From Candidatus Saccharimonadia bacterium (GTDB taxonomy: Bacteria; Patescibacteriota; Saccharimonadia; UBA4664; JBIOIQ01): 63,268 nucleotides of DNA. A model generated the notes under the pieces. That model searched no databases. It was given only the letters and a program-made list of their open reading frames with translations, and was not told the DNA's origin. Where the stretch lies: assembly GCA_044449985.1 (NCBI GenBank), contig JBIOIQ010000005.1, positions 1 to 63,268 on the forward strand, written 5' to 3'. Every line of letters starts with the position of its first letter. The first letter of the stretch is position 1. Positions 1 through 7,476 of the stretch are shown here, piece by piece. The translations under genes were made by a program, and so were the position numbers.

Positions 1-150
1 CCCCACACCCCCCGGGGGGCCCCCCCCCCGGGGCCCACCCCCCCACACCGCCCTCAAAAACCCCCAACCCCCCCCAACCCCCCATTGGTACCCCCCCGTT
101 TGCCGGGGGGGGGGGGGCGCCCCCCCCCCCCCCCCCCCCCCACGCCCAAA
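1..150. repeat. Homopolymeric C/G low-complexity tract at contig edge (probable sequencing/assembly artefact)
   Basis: Runs of C and G up to ~25 nt with no ORF or periodic unit. It abuts the window start and ends abruptly at normal-complexity sequence. Confidence 0.7.
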
Positions 151-176
151 CCACTCATTGGAAAGGAGTGGTTTTT
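148..176 (+). terminator. Intrinsic terminator-like hairpin (end of an unseen upstream gene)
   Basis: CCACTC (151-156) pairs with GAGTGG (166-171) across a 9-nt loop. The stem is flanked by AAA and followed by TTTTT (172-176). Confidence 0.5.
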
Positions 177-420
177 CTTTAGTAATTACGTAGATCAAAA
201 GAAATACTGATTTTTATGGTTATTACTTAGTTATATTTGTTAATTTATTGGACTTTTAGACACCGTAATTTGTCTTATAATTTGGGTAAATATACTCTTG
301 ACCGACCGTTTTAATCCGTGGTAAAGTTGAGAGCGGTCATAACGGAGCCATGTATGAGTAGACAACAAACCAGCCACGGAGCCGCATCGATTAGCGAGTA
401 GTTGCCTTTTCTTATGTGAG

Positions 421-449
421 CTCCGCCCAGGTACACCACCGAAGCGGAG
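421..449 (+). promoter_or_regulatory. boxB-like hairpin in rRNA leader
   Basis: CTCCGC (421-426) pairs with GCGGAG (444-449). The hairpin lies directly upstream of a boxA-like sequence, as in rrn antitermination leaders. Confidence 0.35.
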
Positions 450-457
450 TTTTAAGT

Positions 458-468
458 TACTTTAACAA
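458..468 (+). promoter_or_regulatory. boxA-like rRNA antitermination element
   Basis: TACTTTAACAA matches the core of the E. coli rrn boxA (TGCTCTTTAACAA). It sits ~170 nt upstream of the 23S 5' end. Confidence 0.5.
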
Positions 469-613
469 ACAACGATACTTTTTAGATTTTCTATTTTTTA
501 GAAAATCTATTACGTTAAATCGTTCATAGAATTTAGATTAACGAAAGTTAATCTGGGTAAATGACAATTTCAACGAATCATTAAAAAGATTCAAATTGTG
601 TACTGGTAATTTG

Positions 614-637
614 TTTATACAAATTGCTAGTCAAACT
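614..637 (+). other. 5' strand of the 23S processing (RNase III-type) stem
   Basis: CAAATTGCTAGTCAAAC (620-636) is the perfect reverse complement of 4977-4993. Flanking A-U and G.U pairs extend the helix. Confidence 0.8.
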
Positions 638-914
638 CTTGTAAGAAAGTTACTTAAGGGCGCATGAAGGATGCCTTGACGTAAAGTACCGACGAAGGGC
701 GTAGAAGGCTGCGATAAGCCTCGGTGAGCTGCCAATCAAGCTTTGACCCGGGGATTTCCGAATGGGGCAACCCAGTACGGGTAATACCGTATTACCATCA
801 TCTGAATATATAGGATGATCGGAGGGCACGTTGTGAACTGAAACATCTTAGTAGCAACAGGAAGAGAGAGAAACCTCAATTCCCCAAGTAGCGGCGAGCG
901 AACAGGGAAGAGCC

Positions 915-1095
915 AAAACTTTTTAATTTTTCGCAAGTTTACTTGCGAATAAGCTGACAGGCGAATAATTAAAAAGGGTTGTGAGACTACAAACGACCAT
1001 TAAAGAGCACTGTTACAGTTAATCTGGCAAAAGTGGTCTTTAATGTGACGGAACCGCTGTCACGGACCGGTAAGGTAAGAAAATTAGAGATTAAT
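915..1095 (+). other. AT-rich expansion block in 23S domain I (~145-180 extra nt)
   Basis: About 180 nt lie between the GAGCC and GGAAGGATCTGGAAAG landmarks, versus ~36 nt in E. coli. The block has internal stems, for example CTTTTTAATT/AATTAAAAAG. Confidence 0.6.
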
Positions 1096-2526
1096 GGAAG
1101 GATCTGGAAAGTTCCGCCAAAGAGAGTGAAAGCCTCGTACATGAAAACCTCTAGTCCTTATGTTTGTTTTCTCGAGTAGGTCGGGACACGTGAAACCCTG
1201 ACTGAATCTGGGAGGACCACCTCCCAAGGCTAAATATACTTTACGATCGATAGCGAACAAGTACCGTGAGGGAAAGGCGAAAAGAACCCCGGAAGGGGAG
1301 TGAAATAGAACCTGAAATCATGTGCCTACAATGAGTCAGAGCAGATTTATTCTGTGATGGCGTGCTTTTTGTAGAACGATCCAGCGAGTTAATTTACAGT
1401 GCGTTAGGTTAAGCCATATGGCGGAGCCGTAGTGAAAGCGAGGGTTAATAACCCGAATTAGTACTGTGGATTAGACCCGAAACCGGGTGACCTAACCATG
1501 GGCAGGCTGAAGCGTAGGTAACACTACGTGGAGGGCCGAACCAGGGACAGTTACAAATGTCTTGGATGACCTGTGGTTAGCGGAGAAATTCCAATCGAAC
1601 TCGGAGATAGCTGGTTCTCGTCGAAATAGCTTTAGGGCTAGCGTCATAAACTACCTCCTGGGGGTAGAGCTCTGTTTGGGTTAGGGCCAGCAATGGTACC
1701 ACGCCCTGGCAAACTGCGAATACCGGGAGAGACTATTATGGCAGTCAGAAAGTGGGGGCTAAGCTCCATTTTCAAAAGGAAAACAGTCCAGACCGCCGTC
1801 TAAGGCCCCTAAATTCTAGCTAAGTGGGAAACGATGTGGAGATGCATAAACAACCAGGATGTGGGCTTAGAAGCAGCCATGCATTTAAAGAGTGCGTAAC
1901 AGCTCACTGGTCAATTGTGACTCTGCGCGGAAAATATAACGGGGCTCAAGCTAGATGCCGAAGACGCGGACTTCGTACGCAAGTACGGATTGGTAGACGA
2001 GCGTTCCTCGTGTTGTGAAGCCGAGCCGGAAGGCCAGGTGGAATGCGGGGAAGTGAGAATGCTGGAATAAGTAACCATAAGTCGGGTGAGAATCCCGACC
2101 ACCGAAAGAGCAAGGTTTCCTGGGCAACGATTATCGTCCCAGGGTTAGTCGGGCCTAAGCCGAGGCGAGTAGCGTAGGCGATGGACAACGGATTAATATT
2201 TCCGTACCGGCGACGATGTTGTCTATGATTGCGCGGCGTGGTAGCTCGAGCGGATTTTTGGCTATATCCGTCCAAGCAGGTAGTCTGCCGTAAGGCAGGT
2301 GAGACGCAAATGAAACGGCCGTAAAAGGCTGAATTCGAGCAAGCCAAGCTGACCAGAAAAGATCATAGATGTATGAAATCGTAGCCGCCCGTACCGCAAA
2401 CCGACTCAGGTGCTCAGGTCGAGTAGACCAAGGTGTACGAGAGAACCCTCGTTAAGGAACTCGGCAATACAGCGACCGTAACTTCGGGATAAGGTCTGCC
2501 GGGGCGCTCTTCACTTTGTGAAGTGC

Positions 2527-2605
2527 AATTCCCTAAATTGAAAGTATTTTTTTCTTGAATCAAAAGAATACTACGTGTAAAGAAAGAAGACATTGTTAAG
2601 CTCAT
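2527..2605 (+). other. AT-rich expansion block in 23S domain IV variable helix (~70 extra nt)
   Basis: The region between AACTTCGGGATAAGG and GCGACTGTTTAGCAAAAACACAGG is about twice the E. coli length. Confidence 0.5.
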
Positions 2606-2799
2606 TACACAGTGATGAGCGTCTCGGCCGCAGCAAAAGAGCCCATGCGACTGTTTAGCAAAAACACAGGTCTGTGCTAAAGCGAAAGCTGATGTATACG
2701 GACTGACGCCTGCCCGGTGCTGGAAGGTTAAGTGGAGAGGTGCAAGCTTTGAAATGAAGCCCCAGTAAACGGCGGCGATAACTATAATCGTCCTAAGGT

Positions 2800-3114
2800 A
2801 GGATAAAGCTGCTTTAGTGAGGTGAGAGCCCTCCTCTAGTTTTACCTCTGTGCAGAGGTTTTAAGAGAAAATCTGGCTATATGCTGGAAAACCCGTGAAT
2901 CCTGGACTAGTCAGAATGCTTCACTGCATACTGACTGACAATGTTATAGGTGCGGATGATCAGCAGGAAAGATTTGATTATAAATCAAATATCCTCAGAG
3001 ACTACACGCCGGATCTGCTTTAATAGGCAGAAAGATATAGTCCGAACTGTTTGGCGACAAACAGACTACGAGATAGCTAAAGTCACGTAGCACGAAATAT
3101 CGTGTAACAAATTA
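2800..3114 (+). ncRNA. Group I intron without ORF in 23S at about E. coli U1931 (boundaries +/-2 nt)
   Basis: It interrupts CCTAAGGT|AGCGAAATTCC. Exon CTAAGGT (2793-2799) pairs with intron GCTTTAG (2811-2817), giving U2799.G2811 at the splice site. The core motif CAGAGACTACA...AAAGATATAGTCC (J8/7-P7) is present. Confidence 0.8.
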
Positions 3115-3134
3115 AGCGAAATTCCTTGTCGGGT

Positions 3135-3848
3135 AAGACAAGGCAACCCGTGTTAAATACGGGAAGTGAACTTGCCCATGCTGGCTAATAACGGTGAAAC
3201 CCTATTGCTTGTTCGTATTATGTTCGGTAAATTGAACATATGATTTCAATCAAGGGTAATACCGTGGGAAGTCGTCCAACATGTTGGATTGACCCCGTAA
3301 CGACTAAGTCGAAAGACGCGATAGTGGCTACTACTCCTGATGGAGTAAATTTATGGCTACTATAATACGCCGGCCTCAGACCTATATTGCCCCATATTTC
3401 TCAGGTTTTATCGATGGCGAAGGCTGTTTTACAGTTTCAGTTAGTCGAAGAGCAAAGATGAATATGGGCTGGGAAGTTAGACCAAGTTTTTCAGTAAGTC
3501 AGAATAAAGATAGAGCAAATGTGCTGTATCTGATGATGGATTATTTTCAATGTGGTTCAATCCGTCCGGATCGATCCGATAATACTTTGAAATATGAAGT
3601 TAGATCGCTTACGAAGCTTACAGATAACATTATTCCTCATTTTGAGGAATATCCTTTGCTTTCTAGTAAACAAAATTCATTTCAGGCTTTTAAAAAGATC
3701 TGTTTAGAAATGCAAGATGGCAAACATTTGTCACCGAAACATTTAAACTCGATTTTACAAAGAGCAGAAATGATTAACGGCGGAAAACGCAAGTATAGAT
3801 TTGGGAAGATATAGTCTGGTCCTACGAGTAATCGTAGACACGGAATCG
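3135..3848 (+). mobile_element. Group I intron with LAGLIDADG homing endonuclease gene in 23S at E. coli U1951
   Basis: It interrupts TTGTCGGGT|AAGTTCCGACCTGCACGAATGG. The guide sequence GAACTTGCCC (3168-3177) pairs GCCC with the 5' exon GGGT (U.G at the splice site) and GAACTT with the 3' exon AAGTTC. The intron ends in G3848 and carries the core motif GGAAGATATAGTC. Confidence 0.9.
3353..3814 (+). CDS. LAGLIDADG homing endonuclease, single-motif (I-CreI-like homodimer type), intron-encoded
   Basis: The 153-aa protein has the motif YFSGFIDGEGCF near the N-terminus. GGAG lies 7 nt upstream of the ATG, and the ORF sits inside the L1951 intron. Confidence 0.9.
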   Translation: MATIIRRPQTYIAPYFSGFIDGEGCFTVSVSRRAKMNMGWEVRPSFSVSQNKDRANVLYLMMDYFQCGSIRPDRSDNTLKYEVRSLTKLTDNIIPHFEEYPLLSSKQNSFQAFKKICLEMQDGKHLSPKHLNSILQRAEMINGGKRKYRFGKI

Positions 3849-4107
3849 AAGTTCCGACCTGCACGAATGGCGTAACGATATGGGCACTGTCTCAACGAGG
3901 GACTCGGTGAAATTGTATTAGCGGTAAAGATACCGTTTACCCGCACCAAGACGGAAAGACCCCGTGGAGCTTTACTACAACTTGGCATTGGGCCGAGTTG
4001 CGACATGTGTAGAATAGGTGGGAGGCTTTGAAGCGTCGGCGCTAGCCGATGTGGAGCCGCAATATGAAATACCACCCTTGCTGTAACTTGTGTCCTAACC
4101 AGTGCCG

Positions 4108-4214
4108 CAAATTGCGCATAAAAGTTGGATCAGAGTAGAGAGCATCCAAATGGTCCGACTAAATATTACTTTCAAATGGTTTTTACATACCTTTTGTTAA
4201 ATTATGCTCAATTT
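4108..4214 (+). other. 107-nt AT-rich insertion capping a 23S domain V helix (E. coli ~2200-2225 region)
   Basis: The conserved stem CAGTGCCG/CGGCACTG (4100-4107/4216-4223) encloses 107 nt, where E. coli has a short hairpin loop. Confidence 0.6.
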
Positions 4215-4599
4215 CCGGCACTGGAACAGTGTCTGGTGGGTAGTTTAACTGGGGCGGTTGCCTCCCAAAGAGTAACGGAGGCGTTCAAAGGTTGGCTAGG
4301 TTCGGATGGAAATCGAACCGATAGTGCAAACGCAGAAGCCAGCTTGACTGTGAGGCCTACAAGCCGATCAGGTACGAAAGTAGGAGTTAGTGATCCGCTG
4401 CAAATTAGTCCCGATGCTTTTGTGTCGGGATGCGAAAGTGGAATCTGCAGCGCTCAACGGACAAAAGTTACCCCGGGGATAACAGGCTTATAGCGCCCAA
4501 GCGTCCACAGCGACGGCGCTGTTTGGCACCTCGATGTCGGCTCGTCCTATCCTGGGGGGGAAGCACCTCCCAAGGGTTTGGCTGTTCGCCAATGAAAAG

Positions 4600-4647
<48 letters not shown>

Positions 4648-4975
4648 TGGTGTGGGCGTAAGGAAATTTGAGAGGAGTGACTCCTAGTACGAGAGGACCG
4701 GAGTGAACGAACCTCTGGTGTATCGGTTGTTCTGCCAAGGGCTTCGCCGAGTAGCTATGTTCGGACGAGATAAGCGCTGAAAGCATATAAGCGCGAAACT
4801 TACCTCAAGATTAGATTTCCCAATCAGACCCCATGTAGACTACGTGGTTGATAGGCACTAGGTGTAAGCACAGTAATGTGTTCAGCCGAGGTGTACTAAT
4901 AGGTCGAATGACTTTTTTACAAAACTTTTTTTGTCATATTGTCGATTTTTTGGGCAAAATGGCGCTAAAAGTATT

Positions 4976-4999
4976 GGTTTGACTAGCAATTTGTGTGAT
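4976..4999 (+). other. 3' strand of the 23S processing stem
   Basis: GTTTGACTAGCAATTTG (4977-4993) is the reverse complement of 620-636. Confidence 0.8.
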
Positions 5000-5089
5000 C
5001 AAACACTTCTCATTGTCATTTACTTTTACAATAATTCTTACCAGGCGAAAGCCTCGGTCAAATCGGCAAGATAGTTTCGTGCCGTTTGA

Positions 5090-5196
5090 CCGGTGCTTTT
5101 GGCGAGGAGGTCACACCGGTTCCCATCCCGAACACCGAAGTTAAGCTCCTCAGCGGCGATGATACTGCAATAGCGGGAAAGTAGCACGGTGCCGGA
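5090..5196 (+). rRNA. rrf: 5S ribosomal RNA
   Basis: Contains the conserved CCCATCCCGAACACCGAAGTTAAGC loop C/helix III block and GGGAAAGTAGCACGGTGCCGG at the 3' end. The terminal helix pairs 5' CCGGTGC with the 3' end. Length is ~107 nt. Confidence 0.93.
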
Positions 5197-5201
5197 TTAT
5201 C

Positions 5202-5229
5202 AAAAAACTCTGCGAAAGTGGAGTTTTTT
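5202..5229 (+). terminator. Intrinsic terminator of the 23S-5S unit
   Basis: CTCTGC-GAAA-GTGGAG hairpin with a GNRA loop, flanked by AAAAAA and TTTTTT. Confidence 0.8.
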
Positions 5230-5328
5230 GCGTTAATAAGCCAGTAAAAATAATAGTACTTTTTAAAGCTTAAGCACTTTCTCAGACAACTTGATTAATA
5301 TCTTTGTAGACAATAACGATGAAAGTTG

Positions 5329-5357
5329 TTGACAGCATAACCAAATTATGCTAATAT
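5329..5357 (+). promoter_or_regulatory. Sigma70-type promoter (TTGACA-17-TAATAT)
   Basis: Perfect -35 TTGACA (5329-5334), a 17-nt spacer and -10 TAATAT (5352-5357), ~135 nt upstream of CDS 5494. Confidence 0.6.
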
Positions 5358-5493
5358 CGTTGTTACCTTACTGCTTGTGTTCGATTTCCCAACAACAGAG
5401 GATTCGTTTCCAAACTTTTTGGCAAATTAACTAAAGCGGAATGGGTGTCTAAATGGCACAATTTATTAAGAAATGTAATAGGAGTTTAACGCT

Positions 5494-5697
5494 ATGGCAG
5501 GAACACGCAAAGGTGGACAAAAAGCGGCTCAAACCAACAAACAACGCTACGGAATGAACTTTTATGAAGTCATCGGAGCTGCTGGTGGACGAGCTAGCAA
5601 TACTGGGGGATTCGCGAAAAATCGCGAACTCGCCAAAATTGCAGGCCAACGTGGCGGACGCGCAAGCCGACGTCGCAAACCTGAATCTCAGGCATAA
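5494..5697 (+). CDS. KGG-repeat stress-induced protein (YciG/GsiB-like)
   Basis: The 67-aa protein has repeated Gly-rich basic motifs (RKGGQKAAQ, AGGRASNTGGFAKNRELAKIAGQRGGRASRR). AGGAG lies upstream and a terminator follows. Confidence 0.7.
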   Translation: MAGTRKGGQKAAQTNKQRYGMNFYEVIGAAGGRASNTGGFAKNRELAKIAGQRGGRASRRRKPESQA

Positions 5698-5699
5698 TT

Positions 5700-5729
5700 A
5701 AAAAAGACCCTTTTGCAGGGTCTTTTTTA
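5700..5729. terminator. Bidirectional intrinsic terminator between convergent genes
   Basis: AAAAAGACCCT-TTTGC-AGGGTCTTTTTT, with A-run and T-run flanks. Confidence 0.85.
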
Positions 5730-5750
5730 ATACCAGATAATTGTTGGTTG

Positions 5751-6164
5751 TTAAAAGATATGGATCGGTTCAAAGCGGTGCGTAATTGTACGCATTACGC
5801 GACGGTCCTTTCGATCATTAACTTTCCATTCTGAACCGCAGGCAAAGCAGGCAAAGGTAGTGCGGTCTTTTTGCAGACTAAAATTTTCGCAGTCCGGACA
5901 TGTAGCTCGCTTGGAGAGCCAATGATCATAGCTCGCAATAGCCCGTGAGATGTGCTCTTCATCAACCAGGATCTGATATTTGGGGGCGAGCTCACGCGCA
6001 ATATCCCAGGCTTCCATTTCCATACGCAGAAGCTCCATATCGTATTTATAAACCCGATGCGAGAGTATGCCGTGGCCGATCTCGTGCAGCAGGCCTAGCT
6101 TACCCAAATTATTATTCATACGGCGAGAATTATAATAAATGGTCTTGGTATAAGGCGACCACAT
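5751..6164 (-). CDS. HExxH zinc-metallopeptidase-like protein with C-terminal CxxC..CxxC zinc ribbon
   Basis: HEIGH motif, then CPDC...CFAC. The frame stays open upstream to 6236, and a strong AAGGAGG (6224-6230) precedes CTG at 6216-6218, so the true start may be non-ATG. Confidence 0.6.
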   Translation of the reverse strand: MWSPYTKTIYYNSRRMNNNLGKLGLLHEIGHGILSHRVYKYDMELLRMEMEAWDIARELAPKYQILVDEEHISRAIASYDHWLSKRATCPDCENFSLQKDRTTFACFACGSEWKVNDRKDRRVMRTITHRFEPIHIF

Positions 6165-6349
6165 GTTATAGCGTCCGGGTCGGAACGCGAACTCCGGAAA
6201 ATCCTTGGCTAGTTCCAGAATACCCTCCTTTTTGGTTTAGCTTGCTCGGATTAATCTAGACGAAGTATAAGCTTGCGAAAAACGAATGTCTAGCATAAGC
6301 ATTTTTGTTATTCTATCTGAAAATGAGGCAAGAATTTGATGATTTGATT

Positions 6350-6378
6350 TTGACAATCAGGTACAAATGTGGTAGACT
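6350..6378 (+). promoter_or_regulatory. Sigma70-type promoter (TTGACA-17-TAGACT)
   Basis: -35 TTGACA (6350-6355), a 17-nt spacer and -10 TAGACT (6373-6378). This would give a ~225-nt leader for CDS 6609. Confidence 0.5.
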
Positions 6379-6608
6379 TTTTGCCAAACGGGGTCGGTCG
6401 GAGGGTGCTGGTCGCCAGTTGGGGCTTTAAAAATTAGTGTATGAGTGCTCACCTCCTTGTATACTACGTTCCTTTAAAAGCCCCATCTCGTGTCCGGAGA
6501 TTTGAGAAGTCAACAAATCGTAATTGGGCAATATTCCAAATACTCCCTTGCAAAGCTCCAAAATCCAGAGTATAACCTAAGTAGATCGTTTAAGGAGATG
6601 CTCAGAAG

Positions 6609-6941
6609 ATGAAACGAGATACAATGCAATCTATCGGAGCAATTATTTTGATTGTGGGAATTGTCGCCACAACTTTTTGGTATGGCAATCGGCAGCGCCA
6701 AGCTCAAATTAAAAAAGATCAAACCCTGTCTTCGCAAACTGCCAAGCCAAATCCAGCTCCTACTCCAAAGCAGAATCCAACCCCTAAACCAACGCCAGCA
6801 CCGGTGGTAGCTACTTCTACAAGTATTCCAAAAACCGGTGCAGAGAGTGACTTGCTTATCCCGCTTGGTGCACTTGTCGGGGTAGTTTATCTGCAGCGCG
6901 GCTCAAAGCGCTCGCTTAAGCGCTCGCTGCTTAGTTCATAA
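6609..6941 (+). CDS. Small surface protein with N-terminal TM/signal segment, Pro/Thr-rich linker and LPXTG-like (IPKTG) sortase sorting signal
   Basis: IPKTG (6825-6839) is followed by the hydrophobic stretch LLIPLGALVGVVYL and the basic tail RGSKRSLKRS. The N-terminal hydrophobic helix is IGAIILIVGIVATTFW. Confidence 0.7.
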   Translation: MKRDTMQSIGAIILIVGIVATTFWYGNRQRQAQIKKDQTLSSQTAKPNPAPTPKQNPTPKPTPAPVVATSTSIPKTGAESDLLIPLGALVGVVYLQRGSKRSLKRSLLSS

Positions 6942-6968
6942 ACAAAACAAGTTTGTTACAATAGCGTA

Positions 6969-7268
6969 ATGAATGTTTTTATTTTTGTGCTGTTTGTCGA
7001 TATTATGCCGCTCGTCATAATCTTTGGCGCATTGTATCTGGTTTATCGAAAAACGAAAAAATTTCCGCACATTTCACTCGTTCAACGCGGTATTTTTAGC
7101 ATTGTTATTAGCACAATTTGGACTGTGATTGGCTACGTTGGTCTCGATAAAAAAATCTTTAATATAAATTTGGCCGGTGCGATTCTCTTAATATCCGGAT
7201 TTGGCTATGGCATGGGGATCAGCCGCTTAATGCGGGCAAAAAAAGAGTCAGAGCACCGGAGTGTTTAG
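6969..7268 (+). CDS. Small integral membrane protein, unknown function
   Basis: 99 aa with three hydrophobic segments and a basic C-terminus. Confidence 0.55.
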   Translation: MNVFIFVLFVDIMPLVIIFGALYLVYRKTKKFPHISLVQRGIFSIVISTIWTVIGYVGLDKKIFNINLAGAILLISGFGYGMGISRLMRAKKESEHRSV

Positions 7269-7476
7269 CTAATCTATCTAGCGGCTTTACTTATGCGGCT
7301 AAAACCAGTAAAATAAATGTTAATCACTCTTAAAAATTAATGAGAGTGAAATCAATTCTTGCACTTTTAGCCAGAGATGGTAGTCGATCTGTCCTGGCGA
7401 TTTTCTACGTTTAAGCCGTAGTTATTATCACGAAAAAGTGTTGGAAAAATATATTTTCAAGGAGGCATTGAAGATA

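Noticed and set aside
1-150. Extreme poly-C/poly-G tract; I considered a biological G-quadruplex/i-motif element or phase-variation tract.
   Set aside because: It lies exactly at the contig end and has irregular homopolymers with scattered single-base interruptions. It has no repeat unit and no adjacent gene. This is most parsimoniously a low-quality read or assembly artefact. Per-base coverage and quality would settle it.
300-460. GC-richer segment upstream of 23S; I considered SRP RNA (CCAGGT...CCGAAGCGG), another small RNA, or a tRNA.
   Set aside because: It lacks the SRP domain IV consensus (GGTCCGGAAGGAAGCAGC-type symmetric loop and GNAR context) and has no tRNA T-loop. It is best treated as part of the rRNA leader (boxB-like hairpin) until a covariance search says otherwise.
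4108-4214. A possible third intron in 23S.
   Set aside because: At 107 nt it is too short for a group I core and lacks the J8/7-P7 motif seen in the other two inserts. It simply replaces a hairpin loop whose closing stem is intact, so I call it an expansion or intervening segment.
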